Assembly: GCA_019358935.1 (NCBI GenBank)
Contig: JAHHIK010000023.1
Span: forward strand, 1-64,000
Direction: 5' to 3'
Length of the DNA stretch: 64,000 nucleotides
Source: Tolypothrix carrinoi HA7290-LM1
Lineage (GTDB): Bacteria; Cyanobacteriota; Cyanobacteriia; Cyanobacteriales; Nostocaceae
The translations under genes and the position numbers were made by a program. Shown piece by piece: positions 29,126 through 39,205 of this stretch. Position 1 is the first letter of the stretch. Every line of letters starts with the position of its first letter. A model generated the notes under the pieces. The model was not told where the DNA came from, made no database searches, and worked only from the letters and a program-made list of their open reading frames with translations.

Positions 29126-31405
29126 TTAGTTCCCACTTGTTTTATTGAGAACTAACATATCCTTGATGCGCCAGCTATTATCTACACGAACCAAATCGTA
29201 TCTAACACGAACTTTTTCGTTATAAGACTTTTGCTGATTAATTTGCCCGTTATCATAAAACTCTGCTAACTCAGTCACCGTAGCGTCTACCGTCGCATTA
29301 TTTTGGTCAGTTTCAGTTGTCTTTACAGATTCCACCTTTACAGTGTGGGTGTATTTGCGATAGCGGTTTTCTTCTTTATCCTGTTGAACAATTGCCTGCC
29401 ATTTAGATAAAGTTGAACCGATTAAAATCTGGTCTAAACTGTCAACCTCATGATTAACTCCCAAAGCTGCGGATTTACTAGATAGCCAACTTTGAACCAC
29501 TTCCTGTGCCGTGGTTTCTGTCAAAAGTCCTGGTGGTGACAGTGGCTTGCTATTTGGGTCAGGAATCGGTATTGGTGGTTCATTAAGTTGCACAGACAAC
29601 TGTTCGCCTTTTAAAGATGGCGCAGGGGAGAACAGATTTTTTAATAATCCAAAAGAGGAGGTGAGCAAAAACCACAAAACTACAATACCAGCAAAAGAGC
29701 CAAATATCATCCACACTAAGCGCGTTTTTCCTATCTTAGTGTTAGGACTTTGCTGTGGTTGAGAATGAGCGGGTTTTCGCCTTCTTCGCTTATTCGTTTG
29801 ATCGGGTGCATTAGCTTTAGCCGAACCATTCAAATTATGATTTGTTCTAGAAGCGATAGGTTCAGCATTCGCAACCTGTGCCACATTATTTTGTTCTGTT
29901 GCATTAACAGATGTAGATGTTGTAAAGCTGGGTGGTGAGTAGTTTGAATTAACTGATTTTACTTTAGTTGGTGTTTCTAAAACTTCCCCGTTCTCTGTTG
30001 TGCTGGAGTGACGATAACTCGCAGTTGAATTACTGCGGTGGGGGTAAGTATTTGTTTGTGTTTGAAAAGAAAACTGCCGATTAGTTACAGTTTCATTGTT
30101 TTTTTGTACTTCCGTTGGCAAACTTTCTAAATAAGCTTGCACCTGTTCATCGGCAAAGTATTCTTTTAGAGAAGCTTGGTTATTTACCAAATCTCGAAAG
30201 TGAGGAAACACTTCGTTATGCAACCAACGTTCTCCGTATAAACACAGTCCCGGCAGCATGTCAGGAGAGTCTTGAGATTTTTCGCGAATAAAAGCTAGAG
30301 CTTCGTATTCTTGACTAAGTTCTAAAGAACGAGTTGCAAGTTCTGTTTGCCCCAAGAGTAAGGCACATAAAGACTGTTCTAAATGTACATCCTGACGCTT
30401 GCCCAGACGTGTCAGCATTTGCCTTGCTTGACGAATCAAAGCAGGTTGACGTTGAGCAAATCCCCGCGCTATCAAGGCATACACAGCCAAATATGTGGCG
30501 ACTGCCGAGGGACGTTTACTTTCAGCTTCAAATATTTTCTGTTGTTCTGCGGCTGTTAAGTGGTAACGTAGTTGCTGGATAAATCGCAAAAAGTCATCTA
30601 TATTTAAACCAGATTGGTCATTGCCAGTACCATCAATTCCGCCGCGCTCTTCTAAAACGTTTTGCAATAATTCCAAGCCTTGACGTCGTTCGGCGGTTTT
30701 TTCTTGAGGTAGTGCGAGTAATTCTAGAATTCGATATGGTCGTAATTTACAAAGGTCTGCTTGAATTTCCGATCGCACGCTGGGAAATAAATTTTCCTTA
30801 ATTAACAAATCTTGACCTGTTTCTAAGGAAAGCGCTGCGTTTTCATAATGACCTTGCTGCCATTCTTCACGACCGAGTTCTAAACAGGCAAGGGCAACGG
30901 TGAGAATAATATCTGGACGTTCTGGACGTTCATAATATTCTTCGTTGGTCAGACTATTGACATTTGCGCCACTTACTGATCCATTTTTATTAACCAGGTA
31001 AGGACGACCTAATTTGACTACAAGTTCGTATTCGCCAAGCTCTTGCAGAATTAGTAAAGCACCAACTAATTCATCTTGGGAAATGTCAATGCCCAGACTT
31101 TTAGCTTCGGTAGTACCGTTGTTCTCAAAAGGGCGATTTTCGACTGCGATCGCACTAGTTGTCGTGCTTCCTTCCGGGTCGTAGACGTTTGCCAGATAAA
31201 GCTGGTCGTAGCTGCTACGTTCTTTGGGATTTGATAATACCACGATCGCTTCTTCTAAAAGTTGTTTTCTGGAAGTGATTGCACTTGACGAATACTCACG
31301 TCGCGGTAGTTGGACAATGCGATCGCTGTATGCTTGCCGCAATTGTTCATCACTTGCCGCCAACGGTAGTCCTAAAATTCGGTAGTAATCTAGCGGAATT
31401 CGCAC
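29126..31405 (-). CDS. ftn2: Cell division protein Ftn2/ZipN (ARC6 homolog)
   Basis: (V)RIPLDYYRILG J-like domain, LRPYRILELL, LPGLCLYGERWL...VFP.FRD, a TM helix and C-terminal IMS/DUF4101 domain. Confidence 0.95.
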   Translation of the reverse strand: MRIPLDYYRILGLPLAASDEQLRQAYSDRIVQLPRREYSSSAITSRKQLLEEAIVVLSNPKERSSYDQLYLANVYDPEGSTTTSAIAVENRPFENNGTTEAKSLGIDISQDELVGALLILQELGEYELVVKLGRPYLVNKNGSVSGANVNSLTNEEYYERPERPDIILTVALACLELGREEWQQGHYENAALSLETGQDLLIKENLFPSVRSEIQADLCKLRPYRILELLALPQEKTAERRQGLELLQNVLEERGGIDGTGNDQSGLNIDDFLRFIQQLRYHLTAAEQQKIFEAESKRPSAVATYLAVYALIARGFAQRQPALIRQARQMLTRLGKRQDVHLEQSLCALLLGQTELATRSLELSQEYEALAFIREKSQDSPDMLPGLCLYGERWLHNEVFPHFRDLVNNQASLKEYFADEQVQAYLESLPTEVQKNNETVTNRQFSFQTQTNTYPHRSNSTASYRHSSTTENGEVLETPTKVKSVNSNYSPPSFTTSTSVNATEQNNVAQVANAEPIASRTNHNLNGSAKANAPDQTNKRRRRKPAHSQPQQSPNTKIGKTRLVWMIFGSFAGIVVLWFLLTSSFGLLKNLFSPAPSLKGEQLSVQLNEPPIPIPDPNSKPLSPPGLLTETTAQEVVQSWLSSKSAALGVNHEVDSLDQILIGSTLSKWQAIVQQDKEENRYRKYTHTVKVESVKTTETDQNNATVDATVTELAEFYDNGQINQQKSYNEKVRVRYDLVRVDNSWRIKDMLVLNKTSGN

Positions 31406-32139
31406 GGCTTACTTCCCCTGCTGCATGATCAACATCATTCATTTCGAGCATTCCCGGCATGTAAAACCGTGCCATCACATTATTTTCTTGACACACCTTC
31501 ATAGTGTGAAGTGAAAATAAATTTGTATACTACTTAATCTTTTGCCTTATTGCTGCTAAATTATTAAATTTTTCCGGTTTAACTGATTTGTCATCAATTT
31601 TATACATTAAACAATACTACACCACGGCGTAGTACCATAAGTCTTCTGCTCGCAGGAGTATAAATATAACTATCGAGCGTGAGATCGATAGTTTGTATTC
31701 CTGCAAACAATTCTGAGGAACTTTCCCCGGTAGTGAAAACAGAGAAGCACCGCTAGATAAATTTAATCTTGATAACAAGCGTAGCGTAGTATATCATGGC
31801 TTTGTTGTAAATACAACTCTTTACATAAGTATATAAATTGCCGCCGCCAATTTATCTAAATTGTTAATCGATATGCAGAAATCTTTATATTCTGATTGAT
31901 AATCTATAAGGGTGAGTGGTGAAAAGTCCAAACTGCGGAAGTTCCGCAGATGGTAACTTCCAAGGAGCAGTGAAAATTAAAAATCAAATTAAAAAGTATT
32001 CACTCCCTAGTAGCCATTGAGAGTGAATTTGTAACTTGTTAACTCCTAACAACGTTATCTTTGTACAAGCTTACGCCGAATGTAAGCAACTTATCTAACA
32101 TAGTAACTTTAAGTTTTACCACAGGATACTAACAAAATA

Positions 32140-33174
32140 ATGGTTCAAGAACGCACATTACCCACATTTACAGCAGCATCCGCGCAGATTACCAAAGAAG
32201 TTGGGTTACGGTTGTACGAAGATATGGTTTTAGGGCGCGTCTTTGAAGATAAGTGCGCCGAGATGTACTATAGAGGCAAAATGTTTGGTTTTGTCCATCT
32301 GTACAACGGTCAAGAAGCGGTTTCCACTGGTGTTATCCAAGCGATGCGACCGGGTGAAGATTACGTTTGCAGTACTTACCGCGACCACGTTCATGCTTTG
32401 AGTGCGGGAGTACCAGCAAAAGAGGTAATGGCGGAATTATTTGGTAAAGCCACCGGCTGTAGTAAAGGACGCGGTGGTTCGATGCACATGTTTTCTGCGG
32501 AACATCGTTTGCTGGGTGGTTATGCTTTTGTGGCTGAAGGTATTCCGGTAGCAGCGGGAGCAGCTTTTCAAAGTAAATATCGGCGCGAAGTTTTAAAAGA
32601 TGAAAGCGCAGACCAAGTAACAGCTTGCTTTTTTGGCGATGGTGCGGCAAATAACGGTCAGTTTTTCGAGACATTGAATATGGCGGCTTTATGGAAACTG
32701 CCGATTCTTTTTGTGGTAGAAAATAATAAGTGGGCGATCGGTATGGCTCACGATCGCGCAACTTCCCAGCCAGAGATTTACAAAAAAGCCAGTGTATTCA
32801 ACATGGTAGGCGTGGAAGTAGACGGTATGGATGTACTAGCCGTGCGAGCAGTAGCAGAAGAAGCTGTTGCCCGCGCTCGTGCTGGTGAAGGTCCGACATT
32901 AATTGAAGCTTTAACTTACCGTTTCCGGGGTCACTCATTGGCTGACCCAGATGAAATGCGATCGCAAGCCGAAAAAGAATTTTGGTTTGCTCGTGACCCA
33001 ATTAAGAAGTTAGCTAATCATTTAGTAGAGCAAAATTTAGCCTCTGCCGAAGAACTCAAAGCAATTGATCGTAAAATTACAGAAAGAATTGCCGAAGCCG
33101 TGAAATTTGCCGAAAGCAGTCCCGAACCTGATAGCAGCGAATTATATCGCTTTGTCTTTGCAGAAGACGAGTAA
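32140..33174 (+). CDS. pdhA: Pyruvate dehydrogenase E1 alpha subunit
   Basis: [22 protein letters not shown] motif GDGA...[15 protein letters not shown]. Confidence 0.98.
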   Translation: MVQERTLPTFTAASAQITKEVGLRLYEDMVLGRVFEDKCAEMYYRGKMFGFVHLYNGQEAVSTGVIQAMRPGEDYVCSTYRDHVHALSAGVPAKEVMAELFGKATGCSKGRGGSMHMFSAEHRLLGGYAFVAEGIPVAAGAAFQSKYRREVLKDESADQVTACFFGDGAANNGQFFETLNMAALWKLPILFVVENNKWAIGMAHDRATSQPEIYKKASVFNMVGVEVDGMDVLAVRAVAEEAVARARAGEGPTLIEALTYRFRGHSLADPDEMRSQAEKEFWFARDPIKKLANHLVEQNLASAEELKAIDRKITERIAEAVKFAESSPEPDSSELYRFVFAEDE

Positions 33175-33176
33175 AA

Positions 33177-33402
33177 GGGAATTGGGCATGGGGCATGGGG
33201 CATGGGGCATGGGGCTGGGGGATTGGGGATGGGGGCTTGGGGCTTGGGGCTTGGGGCATGGGGCATGGGGCATTGGGTAAAATTCCTCTCCCCCTGCTTC
33301 CCCTGCTTCCCCTGCTTCCCCTGCCTCCCCTGCCCCCTGCCCCCTTGTCCCCCTTGTCTTCCTTGTCCCCCCATCCCCCCATCCCCCCATCTCCCCATTC
33401 CC
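33177..33402. repeat. STRR mosaic (GGGGCAT, GGGGCTT, CTTCCCCTG, CCTTGTCCC) between convergent genes
   Basis: Visible 7-9 bp tandem repeats. Confidence 0.95.
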
Positions 33403-34167
33403 CTACACCTCATCCGGGTTTACACCCAATTCTCTTAAACGCGATGCCAAGCGATCGGCTCTTTGACGCTCTTGCTCGGCTCTTTGACGCTCTTGTAGCG
33501 CTTCTTCTTGTGATGTTGATATCCAATTTCCATTGGCATCATACCAACGCAACCAGAGCCGCTCAATGCCTTGATAAGTACCTTGCCACAATCCTAAACC
33601 TAGTTTTAAAGTTGGCATCCAAATACGTGTTTCTTCTAAGTTCATTTCCACATAACGGTCTGCCTGAAGCATAAAGGCTCTCAGCCTATCTGTGTAGCGG
33701 TCAAAGATTATGTAATAAGGAACACGTAGAATTTGCTCATAGACTTGCCATTTTGTCGGTGGTTCATCTACAGTGCGTAAAGTTTGCCCCAAATCTTCTT
33801 TTTCTGTACCAGGGGAAAGTAACTCAACTACCACAAAGGGGCTTACGCCCTCTTGCCAAATTACATAACTTAAGCGTAAATCTCTATCTTCATATAATTT
33901 GGAGTTGCCAACTACTCCAAACCAGTCAGGACGCTTATACCACAAAGGATGACGTATATCGTAATAAAGATTTAAATCGCTGGCGACGAATACCTCACCT
34001 GCTGGATAATTAGGCGGATGAAAGGTTTCGTCTAAAAGACGCGGTTGCCAAAGATGAAACTGATCGGGCAAACCTGACTCCTTTGGATCTTCACTAGGAA
34101 GATCATACATCGTTGGTAGAACTTCTTTTGGAGGAAGAGGAGGGTCTACTTGGTACATAATAAGCAA
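33403..34167 (-). CDS. Uma2-family (DUF820) putative endonuclease
   Basis: LPTMYDLPSEDP, RPDWF, PFVVVELLSPGT, KWQVYEQILRVPYY. Confidence 0.92.
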   Translation of the reverse strand: MLIMYQVDPPLPPKEVLPTMYDLPSEDPKESGLPDQFHLWQPRLLDETFHPPNYPAGEVFVASDLNLYYDIRHPLWYKRPDWFGVVGNSKLYEDRDLRLSYVIWQEGVSPFVVVELLSPGTEKEDLGQTLRTVDEPPTKWQVYEQILRVPYYIIFDRYTDRLRAFMLQADRYVEMNLEETRIWMPTLKLGLGLWQGTYQGIERLWLRWYDANGNWISTSQEEALQERQRAEQERQRADRLASRLRELGVNPDEV

Positions 34168-34246
34168 CAGAGATGACCAATTAGCTATAGCTTAACTGAT
34201 AGTAGACGACTGTTCGACTTTACTAATCATTACAAAAAGGAAAGCA

Positions 34247-35116
34247 ATGTTTGCGATCGCACTTCAAGAGCAACAATACAAAACCTACATCCTCACGGAT
34301 GAAAGCACTAATTCACAATTAGAAGTTGTACCGAAACGCGGTGGTATCATCACAAAATGGCGCGTCAACGGTCAAGAAATTTTCTATCTAGATGAGGAAC
34401 GCTTTACTAATCCGGAATTGAGCGTTAGAGGTGGGAATCCGATTTTATTTCCTATCTGCGGCAACTTACCGGATAATACTTACACTTATCAAGGTAAGCA
34501 GTATACTCTCAAACAACACGGCTTTGCTCGTGATTTGCCTTGGGATGTTACGAATCAAGTGACTCAAGATAAAGCAAGCCTTACCATAGTCCTCAATAGC
34601 AACGAGCAAACAAGAGCGGTTTATCCTTTTGACTTTGAACTGGCTTTTACCTACCAGATGCAAGGTAATATTTTAGAAGTTCAGCAGAATTATACAAATA
34701 AATCATCTTCACCGATGCCTTTTTCTTTTGGGTTTCATCCGTACTTTGTGACGAATGATAAAACTCAGCTAGAATTTGAAATCCCTTCCAGTGAGTATCA
34801 AGACCAGAAAAGTAAGGAAATGCATTCTTTTAACGGAAATTTTGACTTCAACCGCGATGAAATTGACGTTGCTTTTAAACAGCTAACAAGTCAATCTGCT
34901 AGTGTGACAGACCGCAGCCGAAAGTTAAAATTGACTTTAGATTACGATGATGCTTTTCCGATTTTGGTTTTTTGGACGTTGAAAGGCAAAGATTTCTACT
35001 GTCTGGAACCGTGGAGCGCTGCTCGAAACTCTATCAATACTGGCGAACACCTGACTATACTTGAACCTGGAGCCAGTTGTTCTGCATCGGTGAAGTTGAC
35101 AGCAAATTTTTTCTAA
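34247..35116 (+). CDS. Aldose 1-epimerase family protein
   Basis: RGGNPILFPICG, QHGFARD, GFHPYF, FYCLEPW. Confidence 0.92.
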   Translation: MFAIALQEQQYKTYILTDESTNSQLEVVPKRGGIITKWRVNGQEIFYLDEERFTNPELSVRGGNPILFPICGNLPDNTYTYQGKQYTLKQHGFARDLPWDVTNQVTQDKASLTIVLNSNEQTRAVYPFDFELAFTYQMQGNILEVQQNYTNKSSSPMPFSFGFHPYFVTNDKTQLEFEIPSSEYQDQKSKEMHSFNGNFDFNRDEIDVAFKQLTSQSASVTDRSRKLKLTLDYDDAFPILVFWTLKGKDFYCLEPWSAARNSINTGEHLTILEPGASCSASVKLTANFF

Positions 35117-35179
35117 ACCCCTTTACAAAACTATATAGATGTGTGATAGAATAACAAAGTTGCGAGTCTAAAACTCAAC

Positions 35180-35251
35180 GGGTCGCTAACTCAACGGTAG
35201 AGTACTCGGCTTTTAACCGATTAGTTCCGGGTTCGAATCCCGGGCGACCCA
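35180..35251 (+). tRNA. tRNA-Lys (anticodon TTT)
   Basis: Acceptor stem GGGTCGC/GCGACCC+A, anticodon arm TCGG-CTTTTAA-CCGA, T-arm CCGGG-TTCGAAT-CCCGG; TTTACA and TAGAAT promoter-like boxes upstream. Confidence 0.97.
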
Positions 35252-35543
35252 TATTAAAAGACTAATTCACGGATTTTGAGTAACAGTAGTGCGATCGCTC
35301 GTATGTTGCCTTTGGGGTTAGGCAATTGTTGTAACGTTACGCGATCGCTTTGATTGTTTACAGTTGACTTCTTGCAGTCACCAGTCCTTTATAATCAGGC
35401 TTGAAGGTGGTAAAGTTTTTCAGCATTAGCACCCGACACTAGTTATAATTTCCTATATAAAGTTGAAAAAAGTCTTAAGATTAGCGTAAAAATTGCGCTT
35501 GTCTCAAACCGACTAGCTGACTACCACATTAGGAGGACTATCT

Positions 35544-36623
35544 ATGGCGCTCGTACCAATGCGGCTGCTGTTGGATCACGCGGCTGAAAACGGTTACGGC
35601 ATTCCGGCGTACAACGTGAACAACATGGAGCAGATTCAGGCAATCATGAAGGCTGCTCTAGAGACAGATAGCCCGGTGATTTTACAAGCTTCTCGTGGCG
35701 CTCGTTCTTATGCTGGGGAAAATTTCTTACGCCACTTGATTTTGGCTGCGGTAGAAACTTATCCTCATATTCCCATTACCATGCACCAAGATCATGGTAA
35801 CAGCCCTGCAACTTGCTATTCGGCGATTCGTAACGGCTTCACCAGCGTGATGATGGACGGTTCGCTGGAAGAAGATGCTAAATCACCAGCAAGCTATGAG
35901 TACAATGTCAACGTTACCCGCGAAGTGGTAAAAGTAGCTCACGCTGTAGGCGCCAGCGTTGAAGGTGAACTCGGTTGCTTGGGTTCTCTCGAATCTGGTA
36001 TGGGTGAAGCTGAAGATGGTCACGGTTTCGAGGGTAAACTCGACCGAGATCAACTTTTAACTGACCCCGACCAAGCAGTAGACTTTGTAGAGCAAACTCA
36101 AGTAGATGCTTTGGCTGTTGCGATTGGTACTAGCCACGGTGCTTACAAGTTTACTCGCAAGCCGACTGGAGAAATTTTAGCAATCAGCCGAATTGAAGAA
36201 ATTCACAGCCGTTTGCCGAACACTCATTTGGTAATGCACGGTTCTTCTTCGGTTCCCGAAGATTTGCTCGCTATCATTAACCAGTATGGTGGTGCAATTC
36301 CGGAAACTTACGGTGTACCTGTGGAAGAAATCCAAAAAGGTATCAAGTGCGGTGTACGTAAGGTAAACATCGATACTGATAACCGGTTGGCAATTACCGC
36401 TGCTGTGCGTGAAGCTTTGGCTGCAAATCCGAAGGAATTTGACCCCCGTCACTTCCTCAAGCCTTCGATTAAATATATGCAGAAGGTTTGTGGCGATCGC
36501 TATCAGCAATTCGGTTCTGCTGGTAACGCTAGCAAGATTAAGCAAATCTCTTTGGATGATTTTGCTGCTAAGTATGCTAAGGGCGAACTTAATGCTGTTA
36601 CCAAGGCTACTGCTAAGGTTTAA
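35544..36623 (+). CDS. fbaA: Class II fructose-bisphosphate aldolase
   Basis: [44 protein letters not shown]. Confidence 0.98.
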   Translation: MALVPMRLLLDHAAENGYGIPAYNVNNMEQIQAIMKAALETDSPVILQASRGARSYAGENFLRHLILAAVETYPHIPITMHQDHGNSPATCYSAIRNGFTSVMMDGSLEEDAKSPASYEYNVNVTREVVKVAHAVGASVEGELGCLGSLESGMGEAEDGHGFEGKLDRDQLLTDPDQAVDFVEQTQVDALAVAIGTSHGAYKFTRKPTGEILAISRIEEIHSRLPNTHLVMHGSSSVPEDLLAIINQYGGAIPETYGVPVEEIQKGIKCGVRKVNIDTDNRLAITAAVREALAANPKEFDPRHFLKPSIKYMQKVCGDRYQQFGSAGNASKIKQISLDDFAAKYAKGELNAVTKATAKV

Positions 36624-36677
36624 GGTGAGATGAGCGCTCTGTGCGCTCACTACGGGTTTTTCATATTAAGATTACTT

Positions 36678-36706
36678 AACCGGGTTGGAATATTACCCGG
36701 TTTTTT
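36678..36706 (+). terminator. Rho-independent terminator of fbaA
   Basis: AACCGGGT...ACCCGGTT followed by a T-run. Confidence 0.75.
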
Positions 36707-36709
36707 GTG

Positions 36710-37222
36710 TTATTGGACGGTGAGGAAGGTTCTCATTCCGGCTTTAAAGTGTCCGGGTAAGTTGCAGACGATGAGATATTTACCTGGAGTTAAGTTAACT
36801 TTGAGTGTTTTTGTGACACCGCTTTTGAGGTCGTCTTCTTCAATCTCGCCAATTTCTTTTCCGGCTTTATCTTCATCAAGCTTATCGCCTTCAAGTGGTA
36901 GCTTTTCTAGTGGTAAGTCTGTTTTAATCACTACCATTTCGTGAGGAATTTTACCTTTGTTGGTCGTTTCAAATTCCACAGTTCCGGCTGGGACTGTTGA
37001 CTGAGATAATTGAAACTTCATCTCTGTGGCAGTTACTTGAATTTTAGTGCTAGCGGAGTTTGTAGCACTTGGGGAATTGGTTGAAGTTGTTTGTGCTGAG
37101 TTTGTAGCGGTTGGGGAATTAGCGGGAGTTGTTTGTGCGGTGTCATTACCACATGCCCAAAGCAGGGAAACAACAGCAGTAACGAAAAAAATCTTAATTG
37201 AAGTTTTCATTGGTTTACACAT
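36710..37222 (-). CDS. Cupredoxin (auracyanin/sulfocyanin-like) blue-copper lipoprotein
   Basis: Lipobox LWAC, Thr/Ser/Pro linker, type-1 Cu ligands PHEM and C-NLPG-H-FKAG-M. Confidence 0.85.
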   Translation of the reverse strand: MCKPMKTSIKIFFVTAVVSLLWACGNDTAQTTPANSPTATNSAQTTSTNSPSATNSASTKIQVTATEMKFQLSQSTVPAGTVEFETTNKGKIPHEMVVIKTDLPLEKLPLEGDKLDEDKAGKEIGEIEEDDLKSGVTKTLKVNLTPGKYLIVCNLPGHFKAGMRTFLTVQ

Positions 37223-37312
37223 AAGTGCGATCGCACTAAATGTTTTATTTCTGGAGATTGTAAGTTTACATCACAGAAAATTCGCAAACTGTAAATTTTG
37301 GCAAATAACCAG

Positions 37313-38128
37313 CTAGATAAATACGCGATGTTGTAAGCTGGGCATTTGACGGCGTACTTGTTCTAGCCGAGAGAAATTGATTTCGGCGATCGCTACTCCC
37401 GGTTTTTCACCAGCATCGGCTAAAATCGTACCCCAAGGATCGATAATCATCGCGTGTCCGTGGGTTTGACGACGAGCGTAATTTACTCCAGTTTGCGCCG
37501 GTGCAATGACATAAGCGGTGTTTTCAATTGCCCGCGCTTGCAGTAGTACTTGCCAATGATCTTTACCAGTAAAAGCGGTGAAAGCGGCAGGAATAAATAG
37601 AATATCTGCCCCTTTGTGAGATAAATGGCGGTAAAGTTCCGGAAAACGGACATCGTAGCAAACAGAAAGTCCGATATTACCGAGTTTTTCGGAAAAATAA
37701 ATCGGGGGTATTTGCTGACCAGCCATCACCGTACTCGATTCGCGGTAAGTATTGCCGTCAGGGACATTCACATCAAATAAATGTACCTTTTGGTAGTGGG
37801 CAATTTCTTGACCGTTGGGGTCAATCAGTGTGGAAGTATTGTAGACTTTGCCGATGTTATCTACAGGTACTGGATAGCTGCCGCCGAGAATGGTAACTTG
37901 ATAGCGCTGCGCCATTTTTTTGAGGAATATTTCCGATTCTTTGGCGATCGCTTCAACTTGAGCAAGTTTATCCTTTTCTTCGCCCATAAACGAAAAATTT
38001 TCTGGCAAACTTACTAATTCCGCACCTTGATGGACGGCTAAATCGATAAATTCTTCTGCCTGTGCCAAGTTTTTTTCCAGATTTGGCACACTGGTCATTT
38101 GAATAGCGGCGGCTAAGTATGACTTCAT
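37313..38128 (-). CDS. Carbon-nitrogen hydrolase (Nit1 / deaminated-glutathione amidase-like)
   Basis: LPENF (E), YQKVHLFD (K), VCYDVRFPE (C), ARAIEN. Confidence 0.93.
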   Translation of the reverse strand: MKSYLAAAIQMTSVPNLEKNLAQAEEFIDLAVHQGAELVSLPENFSFMGEEKDKLAQVEAIAKESEIFLKKMAQRYQVTILGGSYPVPVDNIGKVYNTSTLIDPNGQEIAHYQKVHLFDVNVPDGNTYRESSTVMAGQQIPPIYFSEKLGNIGLSVCYDVRFPELYRHLSHKGADILFIPAAFTAFTGKDHWQVLLQARAIENTAYVIAPAQTGVNYARRQTHGHAMIIDPWGTILADAGEKPGVAIAEINFSRLEQVRRQMPSLQHRVFI

Positions 38129-38353
38129 AAATCCAATAACGAACAGTGGAGTTGTCAGGGGTAGATTATTAAATATATCTTTACTTTGGTAGTTGCAAAG
38201 ACAGACTTTATCCCCATTCCTTTATCTTCCCCGAATTTGCTAACGAACGAACACTTTGCTGAAACTTACGCTTATATCAATCTTCCTACGGGTTGTGGAA
38301 AAATCAACGAGTTTGAGGTTAGGTTGTTAGAAAACCTTGATAAAGTCTCTGCT

Positions 38354-38947
38354 GTGGATATTTCTGTTTTCGTTAAAACGTTTGTTGCTGTGTTTGTTCT
38401 TGCGGATGCAGTGGGTAATATACCGATAGTTTTAGTTCTGACTAAGGGGATGGAACCGCAGCAAAGAAACAAAGTAATAGATAAAGGGGTAGTGATAGCG
38501 ATCGCTGTTCTTTTGGTCTTTGCTTTTGGCGGTCAATTCATTTTAAGTTATTTAGACGTCAGCATGGGGTCTTTGCGGATAGCTGGGGGACTGTTGCTGC
38601 TATTAATTGCTTTACAAATGCTTCAGGGTGAATTAGATACTCCTGTACTCGACCAAGAGAGAGATATCGCAATTACGCCGCTAGCTTTGCCATTGTTAGC
38701 CGGACCTGGTACGCTGACGACGGTAATGTTGTTAATGTCGTCGGCTGCCAATCCTAATTTAAGCGTGACGCTGGGTATTCTATCGGCGATGTTTATTACT
38801 TGGGTTATTTTGCGCTTCTGTAATTATATTGATAAGTGGATTGGTGCAGAAGGTGAGGTGATTATTACTCAGCTTTTCGGTTTTCTGTTGGCGGCTTTGG
38901 CGATAGAGATTGGTAGTACGGGGATTAAGGAGTTGTTTTTGAGTTAG
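38354..38947 (+). CDS. MarC family membrane protein (probable GTG start)
   Basis: LADAVGNIP, LRIAGG, ITPLALPLLAGPG. Confidence 0.9.
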   Translation: MDISVFVKTFVAVFVLADAVGNIPIVLVLTKGMEPQQRNKVIDKGVVIAIAVLLVFAFGGQFILSYLDVSMGSLRIAGGLLLLLIALQMLQGELDTPVLDQERDIAITPLALPLLAGPGTLTTVMLLMSSAANPNLSVTLGILSAMFITWVILRFCNYIDKWIGAEGEVIITQLFGFLLAALAIEIGSTGIKELFLS

Positions 38948-39127
38948 AGAGAACGAACCGCAGAGGGGCAGAGGACGCAGAGGAGGAGGGGGAGAGGATT
39001 AGGGAAAGTTGTAGGAATGAGCGCAAAAAACCTGCTAGTTCCTTAATTTACGAGTGCGATAATTCATGAATTATCGCTACAGAAGATATGTTTTACGCTC
39101 ATTTGTGAGTTGTTTATTTTCTTCTTT

Positions 39128-39205
39128 TCCCCCTTGTCCCCCTTGTCCCCCTTGTCCCCCTTGTCCCCCTTGTCCCCCCTCTCCCACTCTCCCCCTCCCC
39201 TCCTC
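39128..39205. repeat. STRR (CCCCTTGTC)n
   Basis: Visible 9-bp tandem repeats. Confidence 0.9.

Noticed and set aside
31406..31435. ftn2 as a nonsense-mutated pseudogene (in-frame MLIMQQGK* just upstream)
   Set aside because: The GTG at 31405 has a GGGGAAG RBS-like motif and the conserved RIPLDYY start, so the gene is probably intact.
35180..35544. Genomic island integrated at tRNA-Lys
   Set aside because: No integrase and no duplicated tRNA 3' end seen; core fbaA follows directly.
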